NCBI GenBank assembly: GCA_020891255.1
Contig: BQFW01000001.1
Coordinates: 248,001-312,000, forward strand
Source of the DNA: Entomortierella parvispora E1425
Lineage: Eukaryota; Fungi; Mortierellomycota
Reading direction: 5' to 3'
DNA length: 64,000 bases
The notes under the pieces are model-generated. The model made no database searches. It was not told where the DNA came from and was given only the letters and a program-made list of their open reading frames with translations. Made by a program: the position numbers and the translations under genes. Of the stretch, positions 14,121 to 25,867 are shown one piece after another (the stretch's first letter is position 1; each line of letters begins with the position of its first letter).

Positions 14121-14711
14121 GAGAACAATGATGACAGGATATGGCCATTGAGGTCACGGTTGACCAAGCCTTTGCACTTCCCTCTCCTTGATAATCATCA
14201 GATACCACGCCACTCCAGCGTGCAAGGCCATCTGAACAAACTGAAGCTGATGATCATTCATAGTGGCAACTTCAGAGCTGGTTGTAGATCCGACAGTCAA
14301 AAGCAACACCTGCAAGCACGCGGTGAGCAGATGGTAATCACGGATCGATCTTCAAAAAACAGTCATGGTCTATGTCGTAATATCGGCACTGTGAGGTTGT
14401 CACTGCGTCAAGTGTGTCAAGAAACTTGTTGTGGTCAGGATGGAGGAGATGGTGGCAAGGTATGGTCAGGAAAACGCGTCAACAGTTTTTGTTCGATTGC
14501 GGTAGTACACGTGCAAATATAAATATACGTACGCCCTATAAGTTTGGAGGTCTTCAGTACGCGATAGTTGGGAGAGGATTGGACGCGGATGCATGCACGC
14601 TTCTTCTGATGGGACTGTGTCAACTTCCGCTTTCCCTTTGCCACCAGCCATTCGTCACCTTTCGTTCTCTTTCCTTACCTTCGCTCCTACCCTCTTGTGC
14701 TTCGTAACGCA

Positions 14712-17700
14712 ATGACAAGCAACCTTTCTTTGAGATTTCTCGTGGACCGCATGCCATATTCAAAATCGGTCATGCTTACTCTACCACCGAATGAGCTGAA
14801 AACAGTTGAGGCTCTCCGAACCTTCATCTTTCAGAGCAAGCCAGCCTGGTTTGCGGGTTTGGAGGCAGAAGACCTCATCCTTTGGTCTGTCTCGATTCCT
14901 CTCCCTGATTATGACGAGGTGCTCATGGACATCGACAAATTACGCGAGACCGAGAAGAAGAAACTTAAGGCGACTGCAATGCTTTCCAATATCCTTGACA
15001 CTGAATTGGACGAGAACACCATTTATATGATCGTTCAACGACCACCAGCAGGTAATTATTGTTGACACTCAATAGTGCAACTTTGCCTTTCTCTAATTGT
15101 TGCTCGTGCTGTGGTCATCATGTGACGATTGTTTGTCATTTCAGTTGTTTCCTTGAGAGCCTTATTGTTCTAACCTTGCCTTTTCACGTTCAAGCCTCGA
15201 CTCCTCCAGGCCATGTCCTACCCAACAGTCGTCCTAGCTCGCAGCAGTCAGGTATGTCAGTCATGTAGTAGCCCACGTAGAGCCCTGTGTCTGATGATTA
15301 CATCTAAATTCCTGAAAAGTGGCCCTCTGCTGACTGCATTCTTTTTCATTTCAAATAGAAGAGGAATGGCAACAATGTGTAGAACAGATTGAGGACAGAT
15401 TCTTTGCACCTGATTTGAGCAACTACAGAAACCTCGTTCAGTTCGTCAAAAGTGGTGCGAACATTACGATAACAGGAGGAACCCTGGGTGGTCTACCCTC
15501 AGTTCATCCCCGTGCTGGCGGGAAAACGAACCAGCCCAGTCTATTGTTTCTAAACCTACCAGAGTCATTGGAGACACAGGTCCCTCCCAGTACTGCCGAT
15601 AAGGCGCTCGAAAAAATTCGTGAGCGAGGGATTCCCTTGCTGCCAGTTTTCGGGGTCGCTGGATGTGGGAAAACGAGGACGATGATTGAGATGCTCTGCA
15701 AAAACTGGGGCTTTTATTTTAACGGAAGCGGCACGGATTACGGCTCCGGTGACCTCCACAGATTTCTCTGGCTTGTCCGTGATGAGCATCGATACCGAAA
15801 TCGAGATGAAGAGAGCAACACTCATGTTCACATATTGACTCTGGCTCTTGTTCTTACTCGTGTTATCATTTTGCACCGGTGTCTCGACATTGCAGGTCGC
15901 GAAGGAACGACATTTACTTGCAAACAATGGATGCTGTTGCAGGTTGCTTTCCGCACGATGCGTGTTGATGACCTGTTTTCAAGCCTGTTCTTGTTGGTTG
16001 CACATAAAATCCACGATCGTTCTGTTACCATCTCGACCATGAGAGCCTTCGTTAAAGCACGATTCTCCACTCTTCGCAAACGCCTTCTGGATCTCACCTT
16101 TAACACGCCTTCCCAGCGCCTTGGCTACAAGATCCTTTTAGTGGTTGACGAAGCTCAAAATCTCGGCAAGGTGGAATTTGGAACTTTTCTTTCACAACAA
16201 ATGCCCTCGGAAGCTGAGAGACGAGCTGGAGCTGCCTCTCTTGACAACTATATGGGACCGATTCTCTCCCCCTTGGTTCACGGGCTCTGCGAAATCTCTG
16301 CAGACAGTAACACTTTTTGCGTAGTACCCTGTGGGACTGGCCTCAGCATTTTCGATTTGACATGGCTCGAAGACTCGGCTCCTGTCACCAAAGGTTATCA
16401 AAAGCAGCTTGGGCCATTCACCGATTTCCAAGGCTGGGAATCAGACGAACAAGTCCGACAGTACCGAGATCTTGTGTATTCCTCACTACACGATGCCGAC
16501 GCAAGAGATAATTTCAATGCGCATGTGCCAAGCGAATCGATTCCAGTGCTCTTTAAACGCTTACGTGGGCGTTTTAGGCCCATTGTTTCCGCCATCGGTG
16601 AGTAATGTCAAATGTTTGCTGTTGTCCCAAGCTAGAAAAAGAGGAAAAGAAAGAAGCGGAAGATGACGGAAGACAGTTGCGCTAACACACCTATTCAATA
16701 TCTAATGATAGAGCGCATGATCATGCCTAACGATGCCAGGCTTCATTGGAGACTAGCGATCCAGGAAACAGAGAATACGTTGTCATCAACAGATTCCCGG
16801 TATTATGGCAAGGGAAACATCGCTTTCGACATATCGCGAATGGTTCAAAGAGTTTACAGTTCGCCGTTGCGATACAGAAAATATCGAAACATAGGAATCA
16901 CCCTCAAGGCTTTTGTGTTGGGGTACTACCTGCACGGGCGTGGTTTGCTTCTCAATAAGGAGGAGGCGCCGCTGGTGGAGGCATCTGTCGGGAGGATCCT
17001 TAATTTCGGCGAAGATTCAGCGACAGTCCTTGATGAGCCCTTTGCATTGCGCGCGGCTGTGAACTATTTTCGTCAGCATGACCCGGGCTTTCATAATATG
17101 ATCTGTTCGTTGACGAGTTCGGGATCAAATGCGTCAGTGCATGGACACCAATGGGAAGAGACAGTGCAGTGGAGCCTAGCGACCGCTTTCCACAACAAAA
17201 TCTTGTCCAAAACAGAGCTCATTCCGAAGGGGACGAAGTCTTACGATCCGGTCATGAATGGCAAGGCTAATATTGCTGGATTCGACAATCACGTCAACAT
17301 TGGGACCGACTCTGGAAGTATGGAACTTGATGCGTTTCTGGATGCTCATGTTCATCATGGTTCATTCAAGGATGGTGAACCAGTTGCGCCGTTTTACCAT
17401 CCCGCCGAGACACCGTCAGGACCGGATATTGTGTTTGTTCTTCATCTCAACAATCATGGCTACTGTCCCGTTTTCGTTCAGTTGAGGATGCGACACAAGA
17501 TGACAAAGGAAGATACCCTTGATGCGTTCTCTACGGTCAAGTCTGAAGCTATCCAAGGTCATCTTGAAGAATCAATGCTTGGGAAGTATTGTACTGGTCA
17601 TCCTGAGCGGTTCTTTGGAATTGTTATTGCTTATCCAGCAGAGCTTGCAACTGTCGAGGGTATATTTCCGGTGATCAGTCGAAGCGAACGAATTCGTGAC

Positions 17701-17871
17701 CGTGCGGCACAAGGACCGGAGTGCATTCCGCTGAGGATTGACAAGAACAATATACACGACCTCTTCCCCGAAAATCATACGCGGGCGCTGGATCTACTAA
17801 AAGGAGTCAAGCGACAGCTGCACCAGAGAAAGGAGGGCGAAGAAGCGATTATCCAATGGATAAACCTATAA
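14712..17871 (+). CDS. Crinkler (CRN) effector-like protein, copy 1: ubiquitin-like header + P-loop NTPase + PD-(D/E)xK-like REase (about 931 aa)
   Basis: Exons 14712-15051, 15195-15251, 15359-16597, 16712-17871 total 2796 nt in frame. Header has LILWSV and TIYMIVQRPP; Walker A GVAGCGKT; Walker B LLVVDEAQ; REase-like GPDIVF...VQLR. Confidence 0.85.
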
Positions 17872-19399
17872 CAAAGCATCGTCGGTACAGGGATGAAGAC
17901 GAAGACTCTCTCATGGATTCGAAGTAAGTTGCTCTTATCATGCATCGTTCATTCCTGGTATTTTCATTTTTAGCACCGTAAGGCTGGAGTTAGATTCGGT
18001 ATTGCTCCCCATTGAGAGCCCATAGGACCATGAAACGCATACCATGATCAGGAAAATTTTAGAGATTATCAGATCCCCGGTATCTCTTCTGGTTCCCAAT
18101 CTTCAATAAACGAAATCTGTATTCTGTATTTTTGAATTCATTCAATACATGTAGACTGCTTTTCCGTGGGCAGACGGACCACCAATTGGCGCCATGCATC
18201 TCTGCCATGGCGAGGTTGTATGACAGCCAGCGTGATGCGACACAGAAACGTATTTTCTTGTCAGGCACGTCCTGGCTCTTTCTGTCCTCTTTCCTCTTCA
18301 CCTCTACTCCTCTTCAGTCTTCACCTCTACTCCTCTACCCCTCTTCACCTACTCTCCTCTCCCTCAATGAACACATTTCACTATAAAATGGGCGTCATAT
18401 TTGTGGGTGTTGCAATGGCACACAGGTTGCTTTTCATGATGGATACTATCATTCTTTTGCAACATGGGGATTGCTATTTTGGCAAAAAGAGGATTATTGC
18501 TACTTGAAAGAGACAGCAAAGGGTCATTCAAAAGGGATATCTTCAAGCGTTGCTGGAGCCAGAAATCCGGAGAGAGGTCCATGAAAGTCTTTGCGTACTC
18601 TTGGGATCCACAACAGAAAGTCATAATCGTTTACCAGCAAGAATGCTCGACCTCTCCACTCAATTGACCTTTCGAGATGCTGGACGATTAGAGATGAGAG
18701 ATCACTGACCTGACAGAAAGGACCAAAGGGATGTAAGAGTTGAGAGAGATGAGGAGCTATGGAGGGCAGGCGCATGGCATGTATGCAGGTGACAAGATGG
18801 AAGAGAGAGATAGGAGATGAGATGGAACGGTCGGGGACTGGAGCAGAAAGAACAACGGACAGGCCTTGCCCATGTCTCTGTCCCTTGTCTCAGTCCTGCT
18901 CGCCGTTTCGTTGTTCTTCTCTTCCTTTGTGTTTTCCATCTCTCTTCCCTCTTCCTCTCCCTCCCCTGTTTCTGCTGCCGTCGAGATCTGGGCAGAGATC
19001 TTGAGATGCGCACTTTGCAGCGGCGGCCGCAAAAAAAATCAAGACAAGGACCCTGCATCGTTTTTTTTTTGTTATCCGCTTGGACCGATCGGGGCTCGTG
19101 TATCTCAGCTGTTGTCGGTCCCAGCTATTGTCGGGTCCGCTGTTGTCGCTTGTCCCTTGTCTGTTGTCCCTGTTGCCCATGTCCGAGGATGATGTCCCTC
19201 TTGTCCGTCTCTTTTTCCCCTCTTGTCCGTCTTCCTCTCTTGTCCGTCTCTTTTTCCCCTCTTGTCCGTCTTCCTCTCTTGTCTGTCTCTTTTTTCGCTC
19301 TTGTCGTCTCTTCTTTTCCCTCTTGTCCATCTTCCTCTTGTCCCTCTCTTCTCTTGCCTCTTGTCCCTCCTTTTCTCTTTCCTCTTGCAGGAATCAGCT

Positions 19400-19999
19400 A
19401 TGCAGTCAATCATCACCATACTCAGGGATCACCGTTATCAAATCAGGCTGTCGGCATCCTCGGTATTATTTGAGCAGCCTGAGTTGCGAGACTTAGAAAT
19501 TCAATCCATCATCGCAACAGTCCAGGACGATAGTGTGCACGTCAGGCACTCGGTAATTGCTGCTTTGATGAAGTACTCTTCCTTGCCGGAATCAATCATC
19601 CAGTCGCTCATTGTCACGCTCACGAATCTCCGTGAAAATGTCGACCCCACACAAGGATTGACATTGGACCACTCCTCTTTCCTACAGGAATCATCAGTCC
19701 GGTATCTAATCTCTATGTTTAAAGACGGCGAGAGGAACGTTCGACATTACGGCACATTACTTCTTGGGGATCACTACCGCCAACTATTGACTTCCATCCC
19801 ACAGCTGTCCGAAGAGGAAGTCGACTCTCTTTTTAATAATCACCTGTTTCTCTACAGCTGCGATAACGCCATGCCTTTGCAAGCCCATGACAGTAGATTG
19901 CGTCTCTACGCCGGGCAAAGCGAGCTTGAAAGCAACTGGTTCCCGAAGGTAGCAGCGCGCAGGGTTATATATCGTCGTGAAGGAAACCTGGTGCTGTAG
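19400..19999 (+). pseudogene. HEAT-repeat fragment resembling the C-terminus of fungal NACHT-HEAT (NLR-like) proteins, truncated at the duplication junction
   Basis: HEAT-like units (IQSIIATVQDDSVHVRHSV; LISMFKDGERNVRHYG) after acceptor ttgcag at about 19390. No NACHT visible. Reads into the duplicated block at 19978. Confidence 0.5.
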
Positions 20000-20307
20000 T
20001 GGCTTGTTGATGGTTGAGGCGTTGAGGATCGGTGGGAAGCAAGGTGTGGAGAATCGAGGGAAGCAAAAGAAGGCGCGAGTTTATATACTTGGACGATTTT
20101 AAAATAGAACAGCAGCAACACGGCGAATCGGCCCCAGGAAGGCTGAGTGCATAGAAAGTGGGTACAAGATCAGGGGGAGGTAGGCTTAGCAGGGGAAAAA
20201 AGTTATCAGGGGGGTGGATGAAAAATTGGCATGGTCGCTTGCAGACGCCTTGTCTTGCTGCCGCCACTGCCATACCTTGATCAAACTCGCGGGCATCTGT
20301 GCAGTAG

Positions 20308-20479
20308 TGGGATATTTTGGGCTCTCACTTACAATATGACTATCGAGACAAGAAGCAGGATCTTTATGTTCTGCCCTCGCACTCCTTTGATAAGGGAGTG
20401 CGAGGGTGGCTTGCTACTAAACTAGGTTACTAAAATAAACATCCCTATTAATACACTTCAAGGCCCACGATATGCCACA
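20308..20479 (+). mobile_element. Solo LTR (172 bp) with 5-bp target-site duplication
   Basis: TG...CA ends flanked by AGTAG (20303-20307 and 20480-20484). The paralogous site near 13765 is empty (tgtgc-agtgg-catgcc). Contains an internal 12-bp stem and AATAAA. Confidence 0.85.
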
Positions 20480-20489
20480 AGTAGCATGC

Positions 20490-21300
20490 CTCTGCGAAGG
20501 AAGATTTGGAGTTGTAAAAAAAGGATCGAGGATTCTTGGGTGTTCCATGTCAGTCTCGAGAACGGTACCAGTCCGTTGCCAGCGGAAGCTACTCACTCGA
20601 GGTCATATGCAATCGAATGCTCCTACAACTTCTCCCTGGGGAGAGAACTCACGGGATCGCGAATAGATACAATGTAGTAGACCCGATGGATATTGTGAAA
20701 CTTCTCGCCAAGCACCATGGTCAGGACTGGGAATCCGCCTCTGTCATTCTTGTCGTCGAAGAATTACACTACTTCATGACAGATTCTCAAGATGGCCCTA
20801 ATAAAGACTCCTTTTTATGAGGCCTTGACAAACATCGCGGATGTTGCGGTCGGAGAAATCTTTCCAATGGTATGCTGTACAGCGACTGCTATCTCTCCCG
20901 TTGATCAACCTTTGGCGTCGACTCATCGAAATCGTGTCGTGCCACCTGTTGCTTCCCTGAATCCTCCGCATTTCATTCGGAATGGCGAGTCCAAGCCAGT
21001 CTTTGACGAAAACGATCAGGTCGGTGCTTGTGATTGTTGTGGTCACGGAAGAGCACTCGAGGCCTTACAGCAGGCTATCGAAGAGGTGGGTAATGAGTAT
21101 AACGTCGATTCGCTGATGAACAGTCTACGCCTCAAACTTGAAAATCGATACTCAGAAGTACTTCTCAATCTTCCTTCGACAATTGACGACACGCTCGTGT
21201 TCTAGATATTCCGACACAATCGACCTGGGATCTAAACACGACAGTTATTGATTAACGAGTGAACTGGATGGCAAATCAAGACATTACAGTCATCTCGTTT
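20490..21300 (+). pseudogene. Frameshifted Crinkler-type NTPase remnant
   Basis: Motifs spread over three frames: VFHVSLENGTS, NRMLLQLL, VILVVEEL, YEALTNIAD, LASTHRNRVVPPVASLNPP, GHGRALEAL. Confidence 0.65.
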
Positions 21301-21339
21301 GTTTCGTACCTTCGCCCTTGATGTTCATGATGACAAAAA

Positions 21340-22080
21340 GGCTGACTGACTGGACCAAGCGAAAATATTTTCTAGCCGTAGTCATTTGACACCACACAAG
21401 CAAGAGCCGTGAGCTGAGTTGATGACAATCCAAGAGTCTGGAAAACATCCGCGCGACTATAGGCTAGATGAAGTCCACGAGAGATGGGTCGCCCTAGCGT
21501 GTAGATAGTGCCATATGCAAGCACATTATTGTCAACTGATATGACAATGTCTTCTGGTCTGCAGTCCGCCGCGATTGCAACATCAGCCTATGTCTCACAT
21601 ATCCGAACACTCCATCTAGCCTTGAGCAGGTAATCGATGAAATCCTCTATCTCAGGATGGCCAATAGAAAGGTGATGTAAGGCTCTTCTTGACATATCCA
21701 CAAAATTTCGCTTCCTAGCCTTTTGGTTGTTGGTGATTCGTTGCTCGAGTGTGTCAAGGTTCTTAACGCATTTTTCAGCGGCTTTGTCACGGTTGGCCTA
21801 TTGTTTTTTTGCTGTCTCTTCTTTCACCACCGCAGCGCCACCATCAATGTAAAGAATGAGTCTATCCTTTCCGCCATAACGCAAAAAGTTTGCTTCGAGG
21901 ACCCGGTGCCCTTCTTCAGGTGCCTCAAAAGAGTATGTATTGCAGATGATAGAGTAAAATGACAGTACATCAAGACGTTTTGTACGGTCGGCCATTGTTG
22001 ACTCCACGTTGGAAGGATAAATGACAGAAGGTTCGTAGCCCTTTTTGCGCAAAAAAGGGGAACCAATCTTGTAATCCCAT
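21340..22080 (-). pseudogene. Decayed XPG/FEN1-like PIN-domain nuclease
   Basis: Minus strand reads MGLQDWFPFLRKKGYEP...RLDVLSF...LILYIDGG...CET*ADVAIA...IVISVDNN...LTALAVVS-NDY, with in-frame stops and frameshifts. The motif order fits the XPG N and I regions plus H3TH. Confidence 0.7.
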
Positions 22081-22492
22081 CAGAGGCACAGTTCGGAGGA
22101 TGGGTAAAAGACTAGATGATAAGAGGTAGTTGGAATGCAAGGGTTGTCGCTGGTAATGGGGAGCATGGTGGACAGGCAGTCGCCGCGACAGAGGAAGAGC
22201 TCTTTAAGCATGCAGTTCAAGAGCATTTCGCTCAAGGCATGGGACTCGAAGAAGAAGCGTGTATTGCGCGCGTAGGTGAGCCAACTGTGGCTCTTAATCC
22301 CAGCCAATGAGAGAAGCCCTCCCTTTTGGTGACGTAATTCTAGCGCCAATTGCGCTACTGCTCGTACATCCATCACTCCCACGCTCACTCTACCTTGCCT
22401 CTCTCAATCATAAATAAATAAATAATCAACCTGTTGCTTAAAGATTCATTTATCCGCCACTTGCAACACTCGCTCGAACCATTCTCTCCACA

Positions 22493-25400
22493 ATGGCAAA
22501 GAACAAAGGCAAAGCGAAAGCGAAATCAAGCAGCAACCTCCTACTGAGATCATCAGGAAGCTTGACGAACCTACAACAGAGTTCTACGACCCGTTCTTTC
22601 ACAGTGGACTCGTCCTCGCAACCAGCCATCTCTCTATCCGCCATGACCGACAGCACCATGGCCGACAGCACTGACAGCCTCATTCCTTACAGTGAAATAA
22701 GCCTATGCTGTGTTGTTGATGGTCGATCAACGACATTCTCTGCGGACATATTGTCGACAAAAACGGTGGACCACCTCAAGCAGCTCATCTGCACGCCAGC
22801 TCGGTTTCCTGGTATTGCACCAGAACAACTCACCCTCTGGAAGGTCTCGATTCCTCTTTTACCCAAGAAGGACCGCAGGGAAATCGTGCTTGATAAGGTC
22901 CCGTCGAAGGAGGAGCTTGATGAGAGCGACAAGATCTCTCGTGTCTTTTCAGTACAACCGCCCGAGAAAACCATCCACATCATTGTCCAACCACCCTCTC
23001 AAGGTAATGCAACAGACTTCATTCTCACTCCCATTATCTTGTTTGTGAAAGGCTGTATGCAATTGTTGCTCGTGCTGTGGTCTTCATGCACGATTTTTTG
23101 TCATTTCAGTTGTTTCCTTGTAAGCCTTATTGTTCTAACCTTGCCTTTTCGCGTTCAAGCCTCGACTCCTCCAGGCCATGGCCTACCTAACAGTCGTCCT
23201 AGCTCGCCGCAGCCACGTATGTCAATCATGCAGGAGCCCATAGAGCCCTGTGTCTGATGATTACATCTAAATTCCTGAAAAGTGGCGCTCTGCTGACTGC
23301 ATTCTTTTTCATTTCAAATAGAAGAGGAATGGCAACAATGTGTAGAACAGATTGAGGACAGATTCTTTGCACCCGATTTGAACAACTACAGAAACCTCGT
23401 TCAGTTCGTCAAAAGTGGTGCGAACATTACGATAACAGGAGGAACTTTGGGTGGTCTACCCTCTGTTCTTCCCCGTGTTGGCGGGAAAACGAACCAGCCC
23501 AGTCTATTGTTTCTAAACCTACCAGAGTCATTCGAGACACAGGTCCCTCCCAGTACTGCCGACAAGGCGCTCGAAAAAATTCGTGAGCGAGGGATTCCCT
23601 TGCTGCCGGTCTTCGGGGTCTCTGGATGTGGGAAAACGAGGACGATGATTGAAATGCTCTGCAAACACTGGGGATTTTATTTTAACGGAAGCGGCACGGA
23701 TTGGGGCTCCGATGACCTCCTCGGGTTTCTCGGGCTTGTCCGTCAAGAGCACCGATACCGAAATCAAAATGAAGAGAGCAACACTCATGTTCACATATTG
23801 ACGCTGGCTCTTGTTCTTACTCGCGTCATGATTTTGCACCGGTGTCTTGACATTGCGGAGCGCGAAGGGACGTCATTTACTTGCAAACAGTGGATGCTAT
23901 TGCAGATTGGTTTCCGCACGATGGGTGTTGCGGACCTGTTTTCAAACTTGTTTTCATTGCTTGCGGATATAATCCACACTCGTTCTGTAACCATCGCGAT
24001 CATGAGAGCCTTCGTTAAAGCACGATTCTTCACTCTTCGCGAACATCTTCTGGACCTCACCTTTGACACGCCGTCCCGGCACTTTGGCTACAAGATCCTT
24101 TTAGTGGTCGACGAAGCTCAAAATCTCGGCAAAATGGAATTTGGAACTTTTCCTTCGCAAAAAATGCCCTCGGAAGCTGAGAGTATGCGACCCATTCTCT
24201 CCCCCTTGGTTCACGGGCTCTACCAAATCTCTTCAGACAGTAACACTTTTTGCGTAGTACCCTGTGGGACTGGCCTCAGCATTTTCGATTTGACATGGCT
24301 CGAAGACTCGGCTCCTGTCACCAAAGGTTATCAAAAGCAGCTTGGGCCATTCACCGATTTCCAAGGCTGGGAATCAGACGAACAAGTCCAACAGTACCGA
24401 GATCTTGTGTATTCCTCACTACACGATGCCGACGCAAGAGATAATTTTAGTGCGCATGTGCCACGCGAATCTATTCCAGAGCTCTTTAAACGCTTACGTG
24501 GGCGTTTTAGGCCCATTGTTTCCGCCATCGGTGAGTAATGTTAAATGTTTACTGTTGTCCCAAGCTAGAAAGAGAGGAAAAGAAAGAAGCGGAAGATGAC
24601 GGAAGACAGTTGCGCTAACACACCTACTCAATATCTAATGATAGAGCGCATGATCATGCCTAACGATGCCAGGCTTCATTGGAGACTAGCGATCCAGGAA
24701 ACAGAGAATACGTTGTCATCAACAGATTCCCGGTATTATGGCAAGGGAAACATCGCTTTCGACATATCGCGAATGGTTCAAAGAGTTTACAGTTCGCCGT
24801 TGCGATACAGAAAATATCGAAACATAGAAAACACCCTCAAGGCTTTTGTGTTGGGGTACTACCTGCACGGGCGTGGTTTGCTTCTCAATAAGGAGGAGGC
24901 GCCGCTGGTGGAGGCATCTGTCGGGAGGATCCTTAATTTCGGCGAAGATACCGTGACAGTCCTTGACGAACCCTTTGCATTGCGCGCGGCTGTGAACTAT
25001 TTTCGTCAGGAGGACCCAGGCTTTCATAGTGCGATCTGTTCATTGTTTGGTTTGGGATTCAATGCGTCAGTGCATGGACACCAATGGGAAATGACAGTGC
25101 AGTGGAGCCTAGCGAACGCTTTCCACGACAAAATCTTGTCCAAAACAGAGCTCGTTCCGAAGGAGACGAAGTTTTACGACCCGGTCATGGATGACAAGGC
25201 TGAAATTGCTGGATTCGACAATCACGTCAACATTGGGACCGACTCTGGAAGTATGACACTTGATGCGTTTCTGGATGCTCATGTTCATCATGGTTCATTC
25301 AAGGATGGTAAACCAGTTGCGCCGTTTTACCATCCTGCCGAGACACCGTCAGGACCGGATATTGTGTTTGTTCTTCATTTCGACAATCATGGCTACTGTC

Positions 25401-25867
25401 CCGTTTTCGTTCAGTTGAAGATGCGACACAAGATGACAAAGGAAGGTACCCTTGGTGCGTTCTCTACGGTCAACTCTGAAGCAGTCCAAGGTCATCTTAA
25501 AGAGTCAATGCTTGGGAAGTATTGTACTGGCCATCCTAAGCGGTTCTTTGGAATTGTTATTGCATATCCAGCAGAGCTTGCAGGTGTCGAGGGTATATTT
25601 CCGGTGATCAGACGAAGCGAACGAATTCGTGACCGTTTGGCAAAAGAAGGCAGACCCGAGTGCATTTCGCTGAGGATTGACAAGAACAATATACACAAGC
25701 TCTTCCCCGAAAATCATATGCGGGCGCTGGATCTACTGAAAGGAGTCAAGCGAGAGCTGCACCAGGGAAAGGCGGGCGAAGACAGCGATTATCCAATGGA
25801 TGAACCTGTGACAAAGCATCGTCGGTACAAGGATGAAGACGAGGACTCTCGCATGGATTCGAACTAA
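22493..25867 (+). CDS. Crinkler (CRN) effector-like protein, copy 2 (about 999 aa)
   Basis: Exons 22493-23003, 23160-23216, 23322-24530, 24645-25867 total 3000 nt. Header has ISLCCVVDG, LTLWKVSIP and TIHIIVQPP; Walker A GVSGCGKT; Walker B VVDEAQ; REase GPDIVF...VQLK. The true start could be a later Met. Confidence 0.88.

Noticed and set aside
18700-19400. ORFs from the ctcttgtcc tandem tract and its copy at 26630-27330
   Set aside because: Low-complexity pyrimidine repeat ahead of a splice acceptor; all frames look non-coding.
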